NCBI GenBank assembly: GCA_011052215.1
Contig: DRJK01000168.1
Location: 1-56,673, forward strand
From: Gammaproteobacteria bacterium
GTDB taxonomy: Bacteria > Pseudomonadota > Gammaproteobacteria > JAADHQ01
Length of the DNA: 56,673 nucleotides
Reading direction: 5' to 3'
Part shown: piece by piece, positions 54,154 through 56,673 of the stretch
How the letters are laid out: the number at the start of each line of letters is the position of its first letter
Numbering within the stretch: position 1 is the stretch's first letter
The notes under the pieces: model-generated
The model's input: the letters and a program-made list of their open reading frames with translations, nothing else
The model's database searches: none
What the model was told of the DNA's origin: nothing
Position numbers and translations under genes: made by a program

Positions 54154-55145
54154 TACGCCACCCCCCCTTTAACCCAGGGATCATCTTCTCCCAGCGTGTA
54201 TTTCTCAAGTATTTCCAGCGGTGGTTGCGGCGACTCCTCTGCAAACTTGATAACCTCGCTCTCGATTTTTTCCAGAATATCGCCATCCATTTGTTTGTAA
54301 TCGTCCAGTGTGATCTCGCCGACCTCAATCAGACGGTCGCGCAACATAATGATCGGGTCACGCTTGCTCCACATACGCTCTTCATCCTTGGGACGATAGG
54401 CATTGGAATCAGACATGGAGTGCCCACGATAACGGTAGGTCATCAACTCAAGGAAATAGGGACCTTTCCCTGAACGCACATGCTCCACTGCCTTTTTGGC
54501 GGCCTTGTAAACCAGTTCAATATCCTGCCCGTCGACCTGTTCAGACGGTATATTGTAGCCGGAAACACGTTTGTATTGATCAACCACTGCGGTTGACCTG
54601 TCAATCCGGGTGCCAATACCATATAAATTATTTTCGCAGACATACAGGACAGGCAGTTCCCAGACCTTGGCCATATTCAGCGACTCGTGGAATGTTCCCT
54701 GATTATTGGCGGCATCACCGAGGAAGCAGATACTGATTTCATCGCCACCCTTCATTTTAATCCCCTTGGCAATACCTGCTGCCAAAGGGAATGGCCCGCC
54801 GACCAGGGCATAACCACCCATAAAACGGTGTTCGACACCAAAAATATGCATGGACCCACCCAGGCCCTTGCAGCATCCGGTTACCTTTGAATAGAGCTCG
54901 GCCATAATCACCTTGGGATCAACGCCACATCTGATCGCATGAATATGGTCACGGTAGCTGGTCATGACATAGTCGTACCCGGGCCTTGCGGCCTCGAGCA
55001 CGCCATAGGCACAGGCCTCTTCTCCGGGGTAAAGGTGCAGGAACCCGCCAATCTTGCGTTCCACATAAGCTTCATAACAACGCTCTTCAAAGCGTCGCGC
55101 AAAAAGCATTTCACCTAATAATCTTTTTTTGACTTCAGCATCCAT
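54153..55145 (-). CDS. pdhA: Pyruvate dehydrogenase E1 alpha subunit
   Basis: IGGFLHLYPGEEA, GGSMH, the GDAA..ENN ThDP motif and YRYRGHSMSD. Confidence 0.92.
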   Translation of the reverse strand: MDAEVKKRLLGEMLFARRFEERCYEAYVERKIGGFLHLYPGEEACAYGVLEAARPGYDYVMTSYRDHIHAIRCGVDPKVIMAELYSKVTGCCKGLGGSMHIFGVEHRFMGGYALVGGPFPLAAGIAKGIKMKGGDEISICFLGDAANNQGTFHESLNMAKVWELPVLYVCENNLYGIGTRIDRSTAVVDQYKRVSGYNIPSEQVDGQDIELVYKAAKKAVEHVRSGKGPYFLELMTYRYRGHSMSDSNAYRPKDEERMWSKRDPIIMLRDRLIEVGEITLDDYKQMDGDILEKIESEVIKFAEESPQPPLEILEKYTLGEDDPWVKGGVA

Positions 55146-55447
55146 AAATCCTGCTCGCCTGTAAATTCATTAAACGATTATTTCTTGATAAAACCCAGCA
55201 AAGTCTGGTTGAATGTTAAAAATTTGAACGCGCTATGATCTTCTTTTTAGCCCCTCAGGTCAAGAAAAACGACCTTTTTATATTCATCAGAATCACTATT
55301 AATTTGTTAATAAACATATAGATAAGCAACTATTCAGGCTTTATTATTACTTGTTCAATAAACGGATTGGTGCACCCATACGGGCTAAAAACCTTCCTGA
55401 AAGGTATAGTTTAGGTCAGAAAAGTTATAAAATAAATTTCAATTCCT

Positions 55448-56488
55448 ATGAACTCAATGCAATCCATCACACTCACCCGTCCAGATGACTGGCATTGCCA
55501 CATTCGAGACGGCGATGAGATGGCGTCGGTGATCGGCCACAGCACCAGACAATTTGCCCGTGCCATCATTATGCCCAACCTGAAACCAGCGGTGACCACG
55601 ACCGATGAAGCCGGTGCCTATCGTCAACGCATCCTGTCCTGCCTGCCCGGGAATGCTGACTTCGAACCACTGATGACGCTGTACCTGACCGATAACACAA
55701 CAAGTGATGAAATCAAAAAGGCCCATGACAGCGGTTTCATTCATGCGGTCAAACTCTACCCGTCCGGTGCAACCACCCATTCAGATGCCGGAGTTGGCCA
55801 GATTAAAAAAACCTGGCCAGTACTGGCCAAAATGGCTGAACTCGGGATGCCACTACTGGTACACGGTGAGGTGACAGACCCTGACGTCGATATCTTTGAC
55901 CGGGAAAAAATATTTATTGAACAACAACTGATCCCTGTACTGGATAACATTCCGGATTTACGCGTGGTTCTTGAACATATCACTACCCGGGAGGCCGTTG
56001 AATTTATATCGGCTGAATCGGAACGGGTCGCGGCAACCATTACGGCCCACCACCTGTTAATGAACCGCAACGCAATGTTCAATGGCGGATTACACCCGCA
56101 TCACTATTGCCTGCCTGTATTAAAAAGAGAGCAACATCGCCAGGCATTGATAGAGATTATACAAAGTGGTCATCCCCGGTTCTTCCTTGGAACAGACAGC
56201 GCACCCCATGCCAGAAACACAAAGGAAAGCAGTTGTGGCTGTGCCGGCATCTTTACTGCCCATGCCGCCATGGAGCTTTACGCCGAGGCATTTGAACAGG
56301 CACAGGCGCTCGACAAGCTGGAGGCCTTTGCCAGTTTCAATGGACCCGACTTTTACGGACTACCACGCAATACCAAAAGAATCACGCTGACAAAAGAAAG
56401 CTGGCAGGTACCACCTGACTATCCCTTGACGAAAACACAATCCGTGATCCCGTTAAGGGCCAATGAAGAAATCAGCTGGAAACTTTGA
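55448..56488 (+). CDS. pyrC: Dihydroorotase
   Basis: PDDWHCH, KLYPSGATT, HGE, EHITT and GTDSAPH. Confidence 0.97.
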   Translation: MNSMQSITLTRPDDWHCHIRDGDEMASVIGHSTRQFARAIIMPNLKPAVTTTDEAGAYRQRILSCLPGNADFEPLMTLYLTDNTTSDEIKKAHDSGFIHAVKLYPSGATTHSDAGVGQIKKTWPVLAKMAELGMPLLVHGEVTDPDVDIFDREKIFIEQQLIPVLDNIPDLRVVLEHITTREAVEFISAESERVAATITAHHLLMNRNAMFNGGLHPHHYCLPVLKREQHRQALIEIIQSGHPRFFLGTDSAPHARNTKESSCGCAGIFTAHAAMELYAEAFEQAQALDKLEAFASFNGPDFYGLPRNTKRITLTKESWQVPPDYPLTKTQSVIPLRANEEISWKL

Positions 56489-56574
56489 CCCGGAAAACAC
56501 AACGTTGCCCGGATAAACCTGTACCACTTCATTTAACGGACCCTTGGCCGTGATCTTTTTATACTATTCAAACC

Positions 56575-56673
56575 CACTACTGTCCCGTTAACTTTATGAA
56601 GCACATAACAATGTGAGGACATGGAATCGGTAAGCCTGATCAAGACCGTCTGCCGCACGGACGCGGCAGCCGA
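56575..56673 (+). mobile_element. MITE-like element copy 5 (cut by the window end)
   Basis: CACTACTGTCCCGTTAACTTTATGAAGCAC... is near-identical to copy 3 through the first inner hairpin. Confidence 0.88.

Overview
This is a chromosomal, mostly housekeeping window from a gammaproteobacterium. It is probably marine, polarly flagellated and possibly sulfur-oxidising, inferred from MotY, a SoxW-type thioredoxin and a SoxK-like lipoprotein. Core genes are ilvB (partial), proS, a class I fumarase, hda, purMN, dcd, apbC, metG, rnfABCDGE-nth, glnS, argG and pyrC. Accessory content includes eptA, a TolC/adaptor pair, chemotaxis and c-di-GMP genes with sigma28-like promoters, a bufferin/HvfA-type RiPP cluster (8x EGKCG precursor, DUF692 MNIO, DUF2063, DoxX), and a pyruvate dehydrogenase with E1alpha, E1beta and one fused E2-E3 protein. 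The most striking non-coding signal is a family of ~235-bp MITE-like elements: five copies (three complete), with 18-bp terminal inverted repeats and 9-bp target duplications. Each complete copy has a covarying ~31-bp stem that presents two hairpin loops reading CA-NGGA-NG, the CsrA/RsmA binding consensus. I saw no transposase, tRNA, rRNA or CRISPR array. All calls come from reading motifs by eye; no database searches were run.
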